Sequence record: SRR2962707_1965
Direction: 5' to 3' (one strand)
DNA: 32,937 nucleotides
Shown here: one piece after another, positions 1 through 8,877 of the stretch
Position numbering within the stretch: position 1 is the first letter of the stretch
Layout of the letters: each line of letters begins with the position of its first letter
The notes under the pieces: model-generated
Told to the model about the DNA's origin: nothing
Database searches by the model: none
Seen by the model: the letters and a program-made list of their open reading frames with translations, nothing else
Translations under genes and position numbers: made by a program

Positions 1-30
1 GGAATCGAACCGGCGTACACGGAGTTGCAG
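1..30 (-). repeat. att site: partial 3' half of tRNA-Cys(GCA), anticodon loop to T arm
   Basis: Reverse complement is CTGCAACTCCGTGTACGCCGGTTCGATTCC (anticodon GCA, T-loop GTTCGATTCC); tRNA likeness stops after the anticodon loop at position 30; 1-14 is identical to 32924-32937. Confidence 0.85.
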
Positions 31-312
31 CGCCCCACGGCTGATTCACGGTATTCATTTAAAAACAGTATGTTACGCCTTTCCCCCTCCGTTTCTTCGC
101 GCTCATAAGCGCACATTCAGATCCCCAGTTATCAATAACATACGATAGCGTTGTCGACGTTGTACCGGCAATCACGGAGTCCCTGGGCCGGCAACGACTG
201 CCCCGCTCACCTCTCACTTTCACGCAGTCAGGATCGGAGCATTTCCGTTTATAAGAGCGCGGATGTTTTGAGTGATATACGCGCGTATGTGCGTGCGCGT
301 TGGCTGGGCTGG

Positions 313-618
313 CTCAGAATGCAGGAGGGGTTCGGAAAAGTGTAACAACTGTAATAAGTGTAATATTTGCTTCTATATATCTGATTTCACTGACAATTAC
401 TTGTTACACTTTGGAAGGTGAAAACGTAACGTTGTTACACTTAGTGAACGTAACAAGTTGCGACTCTCTACCCTAATAAAATCAACAGTGTAGCATTTGC
501 GTTACGTTTTGTTGCACTTTAGGTGTAACAGGATTTATCTCGATATTTCAGGCACTTATAAGCCGTTTTCAGACCTTGTTACGTTGTTACACTTTTCCGA
601 CGACCCCCTACTTCTCAG
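313..618. repeat. Iteron array flanked by inverted repeats; putative replication origin
   Basis: Perfect 18-bp inverted repeat TCGGAAAAGTGTAACAAC at 332-349 / 583-600; about 12 YGTAAY/RTTACR-type hexamers in both orientations; AT-rich and non-coding. Confidence 0.7.
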
Positions 619-634
619 TATCCGGCAGACCAAC

Positions 635-647
635 AATCAATGACTTA
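635..647 (+). promoter_or_regulatory. IHF binding site
   Basis: AATCAATGACTTA is an exact match to WATCAANNNNTTR; lies between the origin-like array and the putative cos. Confidence 0.55.
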
Positions 648-707
648 GAAGCCATGCCGCGATTGAAATTCCTGGCTGTTGAAAAACCTCGGTACCAAGA
701 GCGCGCA

Positions 708-726
708 GGCGGGGCGGGGTGACCGC
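708..726 (+). other. Putative cos (cohesive end) site
   Basis: GGCGGGGCGGGGTGACCGC resembles P2 cos GGCGAGGCGGGGAAAGCAC (11 of first 12 identical); same position, downstream of the portal gene. Confidence 0.6.
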
Positions 727-777
727 GAGCGAAGCATTGGTATAGTGAACGGGAGTAAATGGCTGGAGGGCAGCATA

Positions 778-984
778 ATGAAGATCCAGATGACACATAA
801 AAAGACAGGCAAGTCCGTTGTCGTCGGCCCATTCCGGAAAGGAGTGAGTTGGGCGGAAGATTGGGATAGGAGACGTATTGAGGAATTAGCGTGGGAAAAT
901 GCCACTGAGGACAGACTGGTGGATGACTCCCAAAGGCCTTCCGACTATACCTATTCAATCATCGAGGGAGAGCCTCCATCTTAG
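778..984 (+). CDS. Hypothetical 68-aa protein (moron between cos and portal)
   Basis: ATG at 778 with GGAGG upstream and an extended -10 TGgTATAGT at 738-746; in frame with ORF 679..984. Confidence 0.55.
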   Translation: MKIQMTHKKTGKSVVVGPFRKGVSWAEDWDRRRIEELAWENATEDRLVDDSQRPSDYTYSIIEGEPPS

Positions 985-1023
985 ACCTGTTGTGATCGCT
1001 TAACTCTTCAACTGTCCGAGACG

Positions 1024-1047
1024 AAAAAAGGCCACCCGAAGGTGGCC
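1024..1047 (-). terminator. Rho-independent terminator of the P-Q operon
   Basis: Stem GGCCACC/GGTGGCC with TTCG loop on the minus strand, followed by T6. Confidence 0.85.
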
Positions 1048-1075
1048 AAACGCTGACGCTCTCGTCGAAAGAGGT

Positions 1076-2062
1076 TCAGGCGGTTGGTTCGCCCAGGCTG
1101 TAGGGCCGGAAGCGGATCACTTCCTTGCCCACGATGTCGTTCATTTCCAGCAGCCGCTCCTGCAGTGGCTCCAGTTCGTTGGCCGCGAAGACTCGGGCAG
1201 CTTTTTCCGAATCGCCGAAGCCGCTGGTGTTGGTGGGGATGATGCCCATCAGCTGAGGCGGCACGCGATGGCCGGCCAGTTGGTCGTCACGGGTGGCGTT
1301 CTTGATGTTCCAAAACTCGTCCTTGGCCGCTACTTCACTCACCGGGATCACCTGCATGCCGTCTTTCTTGCCGTTCGGGGCATACATGAACAGGTTCTTG
1401 AAGTTGCCCGGCCCCTTGCTTTCACGCAAAGCTTTGCGAAGGGCATCGATGTCTTCCTGATTCTGAGCGGGATCAGTCATGTACATGATGAACCCGGCGT
1501 GGCTTCCGTTCTGGTAATACTTCCGGCGAAATAGCGTGGCGCTTTCATTCAGCCAGGCAGACTGCAGGGATCCGATGTAATCCGGAACGCCATAGAGTTC
1601 CTGGTCGATATCGGGCTCCATCAGGTGAACAATGCTTCCTCGCGGAAACTCCTGTTTCTGCTCCCAGTCGTGAACCCACCAGTACTGATCTTCCTCGACA
1701 CCACGGCGGCAGTACTTCGCCAGAGCAGGCCGGATCCGTATCAGATTACCAAGCCGGTTGGTCAGCTGTTCCCCATAGAGGTTGCCGAACACCAGGTAAT
1801 CCAGAGCCATGCGAGAGAAATCCTGACGGCTCAGGTACTCGGTTGGCTGGAAAGACTTCACCAGAATGTTCCGTTTCACCTGGAGTGCGCTTCCATGGTG
1901 AGCCGTTGCCCGGTATGACTTGGCCAGCGCCGATTGGTCCACCGGCGGTTCGTAGTAATCCATTCCAGCCATCCAGCAGCCGGTATAGAGCATGTCATAC
2001 CGGTCCATCACCGGTACCGGGTCACCGAAGGTGAAAGCTTCAACGTGCGGTTTGGTCATCAA
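1076..2062 (-). CDS. Q: Portal protein (P2 gpQ / PBSX family)
   Basis: EAFTFGDP, YYEPP, QELYGVPDY, NESATLFRRKYY.NG.HAGFI, HRVPPQLMG motifs. Confidence 0.97.
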   Translation of the reverse strand: MMTKPHVEAFTFGDPVPVMDRYDMLYTGCWMAGMDYYEPPVDQSALAKSYRATAHHGSALQVKRNILVKSFQPTEYLSRQDFSRMALDYLVFGNLYGEQLTNRLGNLIRIRPALAKYCRRGVEEDQYWWVHDWEQKQEFPRGSIVHLMEPDIDQELYGVPDYIGSLQSAWLNESATLFRRKYYQNGSHAGFIMYMTDPAQNQEDIDALRKALRESKGPGNFKNLFMYAPNGKKDGMQVIPVSEVAAKDEFWNIKNATRDDQLAGHRVPPQLMGIIPTNTSGFGDSEKAARVFAANELEPLQERLLEMNDIVGKEVIRFRPYSLGEPTA

Positions 2063-3822
2063 TAAATCTCCATCATGCTGCCACCTTGTTCGGTTGGCCC
2101 TTCGAGGGGTTCATTTGCCAGTGCGTGCATTACCGCCCATGCCAGATCGGCGTGGCCGGTGTCTTCACGACGGCCGGATTTGTAGGTGATGTGGCGTTGG
2201 GAATCGGTCATCCCCCGGCGGATTGCCATAAAGCTCTGGGCCAGATCGCTCCAGCCGGCATCAAACTGGAGGCGACCGCGGTCGATGATATTCTGGGTTT
2301 TGATCACCAGACGGGCTTTCACGTCCGGGCTGTAGTTGAAGCGAGTCACCGCCGGAAAGAACTTCTCCACCAACTCTGCGACTGCCTCACCAAGTCCGGT
2401 GGTATCGATCCCGATGTAGGCCACGTTGTAACGGTGGGTCAGCTTCCGGAGCTCCTCGGCTTGCTGTTCATAGTCCAGGCCCCGGAAGCGCTGTTTTTCG
2501 ATTACCCGGTGGGGCTTCAGGTTGGATCTTGAGGGAGACACCACGGCCACGCCAGCACCGTCACCGTCTTCGCTACCGCCTGCCGGGTCGTACCCGATCC
2601 AGACCGTACCATCGCCGAGCGGCCGATCGGTGTATGGCTTCAGGTCCCGCCATTCCACCCAGCTGTCCACCATGCAGCGCTGCAGCTTGGCCAGCGGGAA
2701 CACGGCATGGGTGTCATCGACGAACTGGCACATCAGAAGGTTCGCGTATTCGTCATCGGAGTACTCGAGGCGAAGCTGGTCGATATCGAATAGGTCGCAC
2801 CCTCCTGCCATGGCATCTTCGACGGTAACGATCTGGCGCCACTGGCCATCACCGCAGGCCATGCCATTGGCAAGTGCAGCATGGGATGTGTCGATACTTA
2901 CGCGCTTATCTTTGGCCCGCCGCTTGTTGAACAGGTCGCCGGTCCAGAATGGGTAGGCATCATGGGTGATCGCGGACGGTGTAGAAAAGTAGGTCTGGCT
3001 CCACTTCTTGTGCATGGCCATTCCGGAGGCCACCTTCCGGAACTCCTGAAAGTTCTGAATCCAGAAGTACTCATCCATGTACAGATCGCCGTGGTAACTC
3101 TGGGCAGTACGCACGTTGGTACCGAGAAAATAAAGGGTGGCGCCATTGGGCAGAACCAAGGGATCACCCCGGAGCTCGACTCCGCAGGTATCCTTGATGA
3201 ACTGAACGATGTACTGACGGAAAACGTGTGCCTGAGCCTTTGACGCACTGAGGAAGATCTTGTTTTTGCCCGTGTGGAACGCATCCACAATCGCTTCCCG
3301 GGCAAAGTACCAGGTTGCACCGATCTGCCGTGACTTCAGGATGTTCCGGATCCGTTGGGTAAGCCCTGCCACTTTCCACTTGTGCTGGTAGTCGAAAAGC
3401 GACTCATCGAAGGCCTTTTCAATCAGTTCCAGGCCTTCCTCGCCGATATCGTTTTTGGCCTTTCTGGGCGCCCGGTTCCGCTCCTGGATCTTCGGGTTCA
3501 GATCCGATTCCCGGCCGGTCTCCTCATACTTATGGACACGAGCCAACCGTTCGAACTGCCGGCCCAGCAGATCGATTTCCTTGTAGTCCTTCCCTTCCTT
3601 CGGGTCCTTGAAGATCAGCTGGATCATCCGAGATTCGAGCGAACTCTCCACCCGCTCCATCGGTGGTGCGTCGTCCCATTTGAACCGCTTTCGCCAGGCG
3701 TTGATCAGCTGCGGGCTGATGTCCAGGTGCTCCGCAATGCGCGAAGGACGCCACCCCATCCACAGCAGAGTGCGGGCGGAGACGAACTGTTCTCTGTATT
3801 CCGATTCGACGACTTTATCCAT
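2059..3822 (-). CDS. P: Terminase large (ATPase) subunit (P2 gpP)
   Basis: RNILKSRQIGATWYFAREA, YMDEYFW, TYFSTPS, IGYDP, GHADLAWA motifs. Confidence 0.97.
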   Translation of the reverse strand: MDKVVESEYREQFVSARTLLWMGWRPSRIAEHLDISPQLINAWRKRFKWDDAPPMERVESSLESRMIQLIFKDPKEGKDYKEIDLLGRQFERLARVHKYEETGRESDLNPKIQERNRAPRKAKNDIGEEGLELIEKAFDESLFDYQHKWKVAGLTQRIRNILKSRQIGATWYFAREAIVDAFHTGKNKIFLSASKAQAHVFRQYIVQFIKDTCGVELRGDPLVLPNGATLYFLGTNVRTAQSYHGDLYMDEYFWIQNFQEFRKVASGMAMHKKWSQTYFSTPSAITHDAYPFWTGDLFNKRRAKDKRVSIDTSHAALANGMACGDGQWRQIVTVEDAMAGGCDLFDIDQLRLEYSDDEYANLLMCQFVDDTHAVFPLAKLQRCMVDSWVEWRDLKPYTDRPLGDGTVWIGYDPAGGSEDGDGAGVAVVSPSRSNLKPHRVIEKQRFRGLDYEQQAEELRKLTHRYNVAYIGIDTTGLGEAVAELVEKFFPAVTRFNYSPDVKARLVIKTQNIIDRGRLQFDAGWSDLAQSFMAIRRGMTDSQRHITYKSGRREDTGHADLAWAVMHALANEPLEGPTEQGGSMMEIY

Positions 3823-3866
3823 GCAGCCAGCGTAAAGGCTGCGCGCGAGGGTTCAGCGTGCGGTGT

Positions 3867-3889
3867 TTTGTATGGGGAATCGATACAAA
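3867..3889. promoter_or_regulatory. Ogr-type activator site for divergent late promoters pP/pO
   Basis: Dyad TTTGTAT-N9-ATACAAA (TGT-N13-ACA), centred about 56 bp from predicted starts on both strands. Confidence 0.75.
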
Positions 3890-3984
3890 GGCGGCAGGTT
3901 GGCATTGAATGCCCTTCCCACGAATCTGGGGGCACTTGCACGACAACTGAGTAAGCATCGCCCAACAGGCACTGGAGAGGCAAC

Positions 3985-4812
3985 ATGAAAAAATGGTTCC
4001 GAGTGGCCACCGAAGGCGCCACTACCGATGGCCGGGCTATCAGCCGGGCGTGGATCGAGCAGATGGCCAAGAACTTCAACCCGCAGAAGTACGGTGCCCG
4101 GGTGTGGCTGGAGCATATGCGCGGCATGTTTGCCGATGGCCCATTCAAAGCCCTGGGTGATGTTCACGCACTTCGGGCTGAAGAAAACGCGGACGGCAAG
4201 CTTGAGCTCTACGCCCAGATCGAACCGACCAACGACCTCGTCAGCATGAACAAGGAACGCCAGAAGATTTACACCTCTATCGAGGTGGATCCGGAGTTCT
4301 CCGACACCGGCGAAGCCTATCTGGTCGGCCTGGCTGTGACCGATTCGCCCGCTTCCCTCGGTACCGAGATGCTCCAGTTCAGTGCCACTGCAAAATCCAA
4401 CCCGCTGAACGACCGAAAGCAGCGCCCGGAAAACCTGTTTACCGCTGCCCTGGAAACCGAGCTGGACTTCACCGAAGAAACCGAAGGCGAATCCGGCAGC
4501 GATTCGGAAGAGCCCAGCCTGTTTGACAAGGTGAAGGCACTGTTCACCAAGCACCGGGAAGCCGGCGCCGCCAAATTCGCCGACTTCAAAAAGGATCTGG
4601 AGAGCACGCTGGGCCTGTTCGTATCCGAAGCGCAGGAGCTGCGGAGCGAACTGGAGAAAACCCAGGGGCATTACAGCCAGCTGAAGAAGGACCACGAAAC
4701 GCTGGAACAGCAGTTCAACGAACTGAAGACCCAGCTGGAGAAATCCCCCCACAACCACAGCCAGCGTCCGCCCGCCACCGGTGGCGAAAACGCAATCCTC
4801 ACCGACTGCTGA
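3985..4812 (+). CDS. O: Capsid scaffolding protein/protease (P2 gpO)
   Basis: WFRVATEGATTDGR, QKIYTSIE, YLVGLAVTDSPASLGTE, C-terminal RPPATGG...LTDC. Confidence 0.97.
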   Translation: MKKWFRVATEGATTDGRAISRAWIEQMAKNFNPQKYGARVWLEHMRGMFADGPFKALGDVHALRAEENADGKLELYAQIEPTNDLVSMNKERQKIYTSIEVDPEFSDTGEAYLVGLAVTDSPASLGTEMLQFSATAKSNPLNDRKQRPENLFTAALETELDFTEETEGESGSDSEEPSLFDKVKALFTKHREAGAAKFADFKKDLESTLGLFVSEAQELRSELEKTQGHYSQLKKDHETLEQQFNELKTQLEKSPHNHSQRPPATGGENAILTDC

Positions 4813-4825
4813 AGGAAGTCAGACT

Positions 4826-5833
4826 ATGCGCAATGAATCCCGAGTACAGTTCAACAAGCTTCGGCAGCAGATCGCGAAGCTGAATGGCGTTGAATCCGCA
4901 GCGGAGGCCTTCGCGGTCACTCCCACCGTCCAGCAAACGCTGGAACGCCGCATGCAGGAATCCAGCGACTTCCTGAGCCGGATCAACATGATCGGTGTGG
5001 ACGAAATCAAAGGCGAGAAGGTTGGCCTGGGCGTTGGCTCCACCATCGCCGGCCGTACCGACGTCAGCGCCAACGACCGGACCCCGTCCGACGTCAGCGA
5101 TACCACCGGCAATGGTTACGAGTGTTTCCTGACCGAGTTCGACACCGCTGTGCCCTACTCCAAGATCGATGCCTGGGCGAAGTTCCCGAACTTCCAGGCC
5201 ATGCTGCGCGATGCCATCGTTCGCCAGCAGGCCCTCGACCGCATCATGATCGGCTGGAACGGTACCAGCGCGGCAGCCGCCACCAATCGCTCCACCAATC
5301 CGCTCCTGCAGGATGTGAACAAGGGCTGGCTCCAGCATTATCGCGAGCAGGCTGCCGAGCGAGTCCTGAACGAAGTGGTTGCATCCTCTGGCCAAGTAAC
5401 CATTGGCGACACGGGCGACTACAAGAACCTCGACGCTCTGGTCTTCGATGTTCTGAACAGCATGGTTGATCCGTGGTATCGCGAGAATCCAGACATGGTA
5501 GTTCTGGTCGGCCGAACCCTGATGTCCGACAAGTACTTCCCGCTGATCAACCAGTCCAACGCCCCGACCGAACAGCAGGCACTGGATCTGCTGGTGAGCC
5601 AGAAGCGAATCGGCGGCCTGCAGGGGATTCAGGTGCCGTACATCCCGGACGGCACCCTGATGATCACCACCCTGGAGAACCTGTCTATCTACTGGCAGCA
5701 AGGTGGCCGCCGCCGTCACATCATCGACAACCCGCGCCGTAACCGCATCGAGAACTTCGAGTCATCAAACGATGCCTACGTGATCGAGGACTTCGGTGCC
5801 GGCGCAGTCGTTGAAAACATCACGATGGTGTAA
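4826..5833 (+). CDS. N: Major capsid protein (P2 gpN)
   Basis: MRNESR start, F.VTPTVQQTLE, ALDRIMIGWNG, NPLLQDVNKGWLQ. Confidence 0.97.
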   Translation: MRNESRVQFNKLRQQIAKLNGVESAAEAFAVTPTVQQTLERRMQESSDFLSRINMIGVDEIKGEKVGLGVGSTIAGRTDVSANDRTPSDVSDTTGNGYECFLTEFDTAVPYSKIDAWAKFPNFQAMLRDAIVRQQALDRIMIGWNGTSAAAATNRSTNPLLQDVNKGWLQHYREQAAERVLNEVVASSGQVTIGDTGDYKNLDALVFDVLNSMVDPWYRENPDMVVLVGRTLMSDKYFPLINQSNAPTEQQALDLLVSQKRIGGLQGIQVPYIPDGTLMITTLENLSIYWQQGGRRRHIIDNPRRNRIENFESSNDAYVIEDFGAGAVVENITMV

Positions 5834-5843
5834 GGGGGACGTA

Positions 5844-6680
5844 ATGGTCAGCCCAGCGAAGAAACGGTTTGAACAGGTCCGCGCCGCCCGTGAGGCGGCT
5901 GCGGCCGAGGATTTGGAAAAGGCCCAGCAGGAAACCAAGGCCAAAGACCAGGAACGGGCAGAAGCCCCGGGCAAGGAACGGCCCAACCCCTACAACCGTG
6001 GAGAGGGTGGAAAACCCCGGCAGAGCCCTGCCCGCAAGCACTTTGACCGCGCCCGGGCGAAGGCAGAGGCATCGCAGGCCACGCCGGCCAGGCCTCAAGG
6101 TGATTCCTATGAGCTCCACAAGGCCGCGATCGTCGAGGATATCCGGCGCCTGTCCGACATCCAGAGCATTGAGCGAAAGATCGAAGCGAAGAGTGAGCTA
6201 CTGCCAAACTACGAAAGCTACGTTCAAGGCGTTCTGGAAGGTGGCAAAGGTCAGCAGGACGATGTGCTGATGACTCTGATGGTTTGGTACCTGGACGTGG
6301 GCGAGCTGAAAACGGCAATGGATATTGCCGAGTACGCCGCCAATCACGGACTGGAAACCCCGGACCGGTACAAGCGCAGCACCGCGGCCCTCGTCTCTGA
6401 GGAAGTGGCCGACTTTGCCCTGAAGCTGGATAAGGAAGCCGAGAACCAGGAAGAGGTTCTGGAACAGCTCCAGCGTTGCCTGGCCCTGTTCGCAGATGCG
6501 GACATGCACGACCAGGTAAAGGCGAAGCTCTTCAAGGCTGAAGGTTCGATTCTGGACAACACCGGTCACACCGAAGCCGCAGTCGCCGCCTATGAGCGGG
6601 CGCTGAAGCTGAACGACAAGATCGGCGTGAAAAAGGACATCGAGCGCCTGAAAAAGGAACTGAAGAATTCCGGCCAATAA
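5844..6680 (+). CDS. M: Terminase small/endonuclease subunit (P2 gpM)
   Basis: QDDVLMTLMVW.LDVG, DMHDQVKAKL.K, GVKKDIERL; position after N. Confidence 0.93.
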   Translation: MVSPAKKRFEQVRAAREAAAAEDLEKAQQETKAKDQERAEAPGKERPNPYNRGEGGKPRQSPARKHFDRARAKAEASQATPARPQGDSYELHKAAIVEDIRRLSDIQSIERKIEAKSELLPNYESYVQGVLEGGKGQQDDVLMTLMVWYLDVGELKTAMDIAEYAANHGLETPDRYKRSTAALVSEEVADFALKLDKEAENQEEVLEQLQRCLALFADADMHDQVKAKLFKAEGSILDNTGHTEAAVAAYERALKLNDKIGVKKDIERLKKELKNSGQ

Positions 6681-6783
6681 CCGGACCCGAGTCGGCACCC
6701 CGACGCCAGGCGGCACGGGGCCCTGAGCCAAGGCCACGCCGGAAGCTCTACGGTCCCGTCCACCGCCTTCACCCGGAGGCAGT

Positions 6784-7245
6784 ATGAGCCTGATCGCAGC
6801 CGGTGGCACCACCGAGCCCGTCATCATCACCAACGCAGCGTTTTTCCCGGACCTGAACCTTCAGGAATTCCGCGATTCGATGCGTCTAGACGGCACCGTA
6901 ACCGACGATCGAGCCAAGCACGCCCTCGAGGCCGCCATGTTCGATGCCAACAGATCGCTGGCCGAGTACATGAAGGCCCAGAAAGATCTGGGGTTCGATG
7001 CCCTGGAAAACGTGCCGGATACCGACTGGCAACCGTCAGGCACAAACGTGCGCCTATATCTTCGTGCTGTCTGGTGCCTGGCGAAGGCCAATCTGATCGA
7101 GCGGTACCGGGATTACGACTCCACAGGGAAAGGAGAAGCCAGGGCCGAGGCCATGGATCTGACCGGTGATGATCTCAGGCGTGATGCGGCCTGGGCGTTA
7201 TCCGATATACGGGGCGCCAATCGCACCACCGTGGAGCTGATCTGA
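6784..7245 (+). CDS. L: Head completion protein (P2 gpL)
   Basis: FFPD, YLRAV, A.LIERYRDYD.T.KG, RDA.WALSDI.G..RTTVELI. Confidence 0.95.
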   Translation: MSLIAAGGTTEPVIITNAAFFPDLNLQEFRDSMRLDGTVTDDRAKHALEAAMFDANRSLAEYMKAQKDLGFDALENVPDTDWQPSGTNVRLYLRAVWCLAKANLIERYRDYDSTGKGEARAEAMDLTGDDLRRDAAWALSDIRGANRTTVELI

Positions 7246-7451
7246 TGGACGAGGTTCGAACCATCCAGGGCGATACCGTTGACCGGGTCTGTTTCCGCTA
7301 TTACGGCTACACCGCTGGCGTCACTGAGTCAGTTCTTGCTGCGAACCCCGGCCTCGCCGATCTGGGGCCGGTACTGCCGATCGGCACCTTGATCAAAATG
7401 CCAGAAGTCGCAGCCAAACCCACCAAAGCGACCGTCCAGTTGTGGAATTAG
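7245..7451 (+). CDS. X: Tail protein X (P2 gpX, LysM-like)
   Basis: QGDTVD..C.RYYG.T.GVTE.VL.ANPGLA...TVQLW. Confidence 0.95.
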   Translation: MDEVRTIQGDTVDRVCFRYYGYTAGVTESVLAANPGLADLGPVLPIGTLIKMPEVAAKPTKATVQLWN

Positions 7452-7460
7452 GGAGACGGC

Positions 7461-7874
7461 ATGCCGCCAGAAAAGGCTGAATCTATGCAACTGCAAGAGA
7501 TGGTCGCCCTGGATTGGGCGGCAAGGCTGAGACACCTCGAGGATCTTCACCCGCGAGTGAACGCCCTGGAAAGCGCCGTCGCTGGGCTACACAAAGACCT
7601 TCAGAACCTAGCTGAAGACCAGAAAGAGAACCACAAGGAGACTCAACAGGCGCTGAAGGATTACCTGGAACACAGCCAGCAGCGAATGGAAAAGGGTGAA
7701 TCTGCCATGCAGGGGGCCATAAACCGCCTGGATAAGAACGTGACTGGATTGGCCAGAAAGGTGTGGTTCTTCGCTGGCGCTGTCTGGGTAATCATCGGTA
7801 TCGCTGGTATCGCATTTGCCATGCGCAAAGAGCTGTTCAGCGCTGCAGCCGCTGTCATAGGAGCCACGACATAA
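7461..7874 (+). CDS. Coiled-coil protein with one C-terminal TM helix at the holin position (holin/antiholin-like)
   Basis: Heptad-rich N-terminus; hydrophobic VWFFAGAVWVIIGIAGIAFAM; stop overlaps the endolysin start. Confidence 0.6.
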   Translation: MPPEKAESMQLQEMVALDWAARLRHLEDLHPRVNALESAVAGLHKDLQNLAEDQKENHKETQQALKDYLEHSQQRMEKGESAMQGAINRLDKNVTGLARKVWFFAGAVWVIIGIAGIAFAMRKELFSAAAAVIGATT

Positions 7875-8671
7875 TGATCAAGATCGGAGATGTAGGCCAG
7901 CATGTCTCAGCCCTGCAAGCCAGTCTGAATAGTTTTGGGGCCGCTATCGAGGTGGACGGCTGGTTTGGTGAATCGACAGAAAAAGCCGTCATCCGCTTTC
8001 AGCGCCAGAACGACCTCATGGTTGACGGCATCGCCGGCCCGGCCACTCTTGCCCGCCTGGATCGATCCAATATCATCAGCCCAGACAAGCTACTGAGTGA
8101 GGATGATCTGAAAAATGCCGCACGACGGCTGTGCGTGCAGCTCGCCGCGATCAAGGCCGTAACGGAAGTAGAGAGCAAGGAATCCGGCTTCCTGCCCTCC
8201 GGCAAACCGGTGATCCTTTTTGAGCGGCACATCATGTACCGTCGCCTGCACCCTTCTGAACGGGGGCACAATGCCTCCAAGGCGCCTGGCATCGTGAACG
8301 CAAAGCCAGGCGGGTATGTTGGCGGTGAGGGGGAATGGCGACGCCTGAGTCGGGCACGAAGCATCCACGAACCTACCGCCATCGAGTCAGCCAGTTGGGG
8401 CCTCTTCCAGATTATGGGTTTCCACTGGCAGGCCCTGGGCTACTCGTCCCCGTTTGATTTCTGGGCAGCCATGCACCGCAGCGAAGGTGAGCAGCTGGAG
8501 GCGTTCGTCCGGTTCATCAAAAAGGACAAGGCCCTGCACCAGGCGCTGAAGAACCGAGACTGGACAGCCTTCGCAGAGCGATACAACGGCCCCGCCTACG
8601 CCCGAAACCAGTACGACACCAAGATGGCGGCCGCCTATGACAGGTTCCGCGCTGTGGGGCGAATTTCGTGA
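7874..8671 (+). CDS. Modular endolysin: peptidoglycan-binding domain + DUF3380 muramidase
   Basis: DGWFG..TE.AV..FQ....L.VDGIAGP.T; AIKAV.EVES, ILFERH, SASWGLFQIMGFH, FAERYNGPAY. Confidence 0.93.
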   Translation: MIKIGDVGQHVSALQASLNSFGAAIEVDGWFGESTEKAVIRFQRQNDLMVDGIAGPATLARLDRSNIISPDKLLSEDDLKNAARRLCVQLAAIKAVTEVESKESGFLPSGKPVILFERHIMYRRLHPSERGHNASKAPGIVNAKPGGYVGGEGEWRRLSRARSIHEPTAIESASWGLFQIMGFHWQALGYSSPFDFWAAMHRSEGEQLEAFVRFIKKDKALHQALKNRDWTAFAERYNGPAYARNQYDTKMAAAYDRFRAVGRIS

Positions 8672-8877
8672 AACTGACACCTGAACAGCTGGACGCTTGG
8701 AGAGTCGTCCCAAGACTCCTGGTTATCCTTTACGGCTGGCTCTGTTTCGATACCCACCAATGGTTCATCGCCCTGGAAGTGCCCACCACAGCTCAGCAAT
8801 TCTACGCGAACGTGATCTGGACCGGCGCGGCCGCATGGTTCGGATTCTACGTCAACAGCGGGAGAAAACAGGAATGA
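8668..8877 (+). CDS. Small two-TM protein, putative holin
   Basis: 69 aa with two hydrophobic segments; coupled (GTGA/ATGA) between endolysin and spanin. Confidence 0.6.
   Translation: MKLTPEQLDAWRVVPRLLVILYGWLCFDTHQWFIALEVPTTAQQFYANVIWTGAAAWFGFYVNSGRKQE

Noticed and set aside
1-75. Intact tRNA gene at the left end
   Set aside because: Similarity ends at the anticodon loop; no D arm or 5' acceptor strand follows
151-958. ORFs 151..345 (+), 608..958 (-), 645..905 (-) and the 679 start
   Set aside because: They overlap the att arm, origin and cos elements, have no clear RBS and no protein-like motifs; 778 is the better start
3853-5719. Minus-strand ORFs of 301 and 306 aa
   Set aside because: Antisense to the well-supported O and N genes
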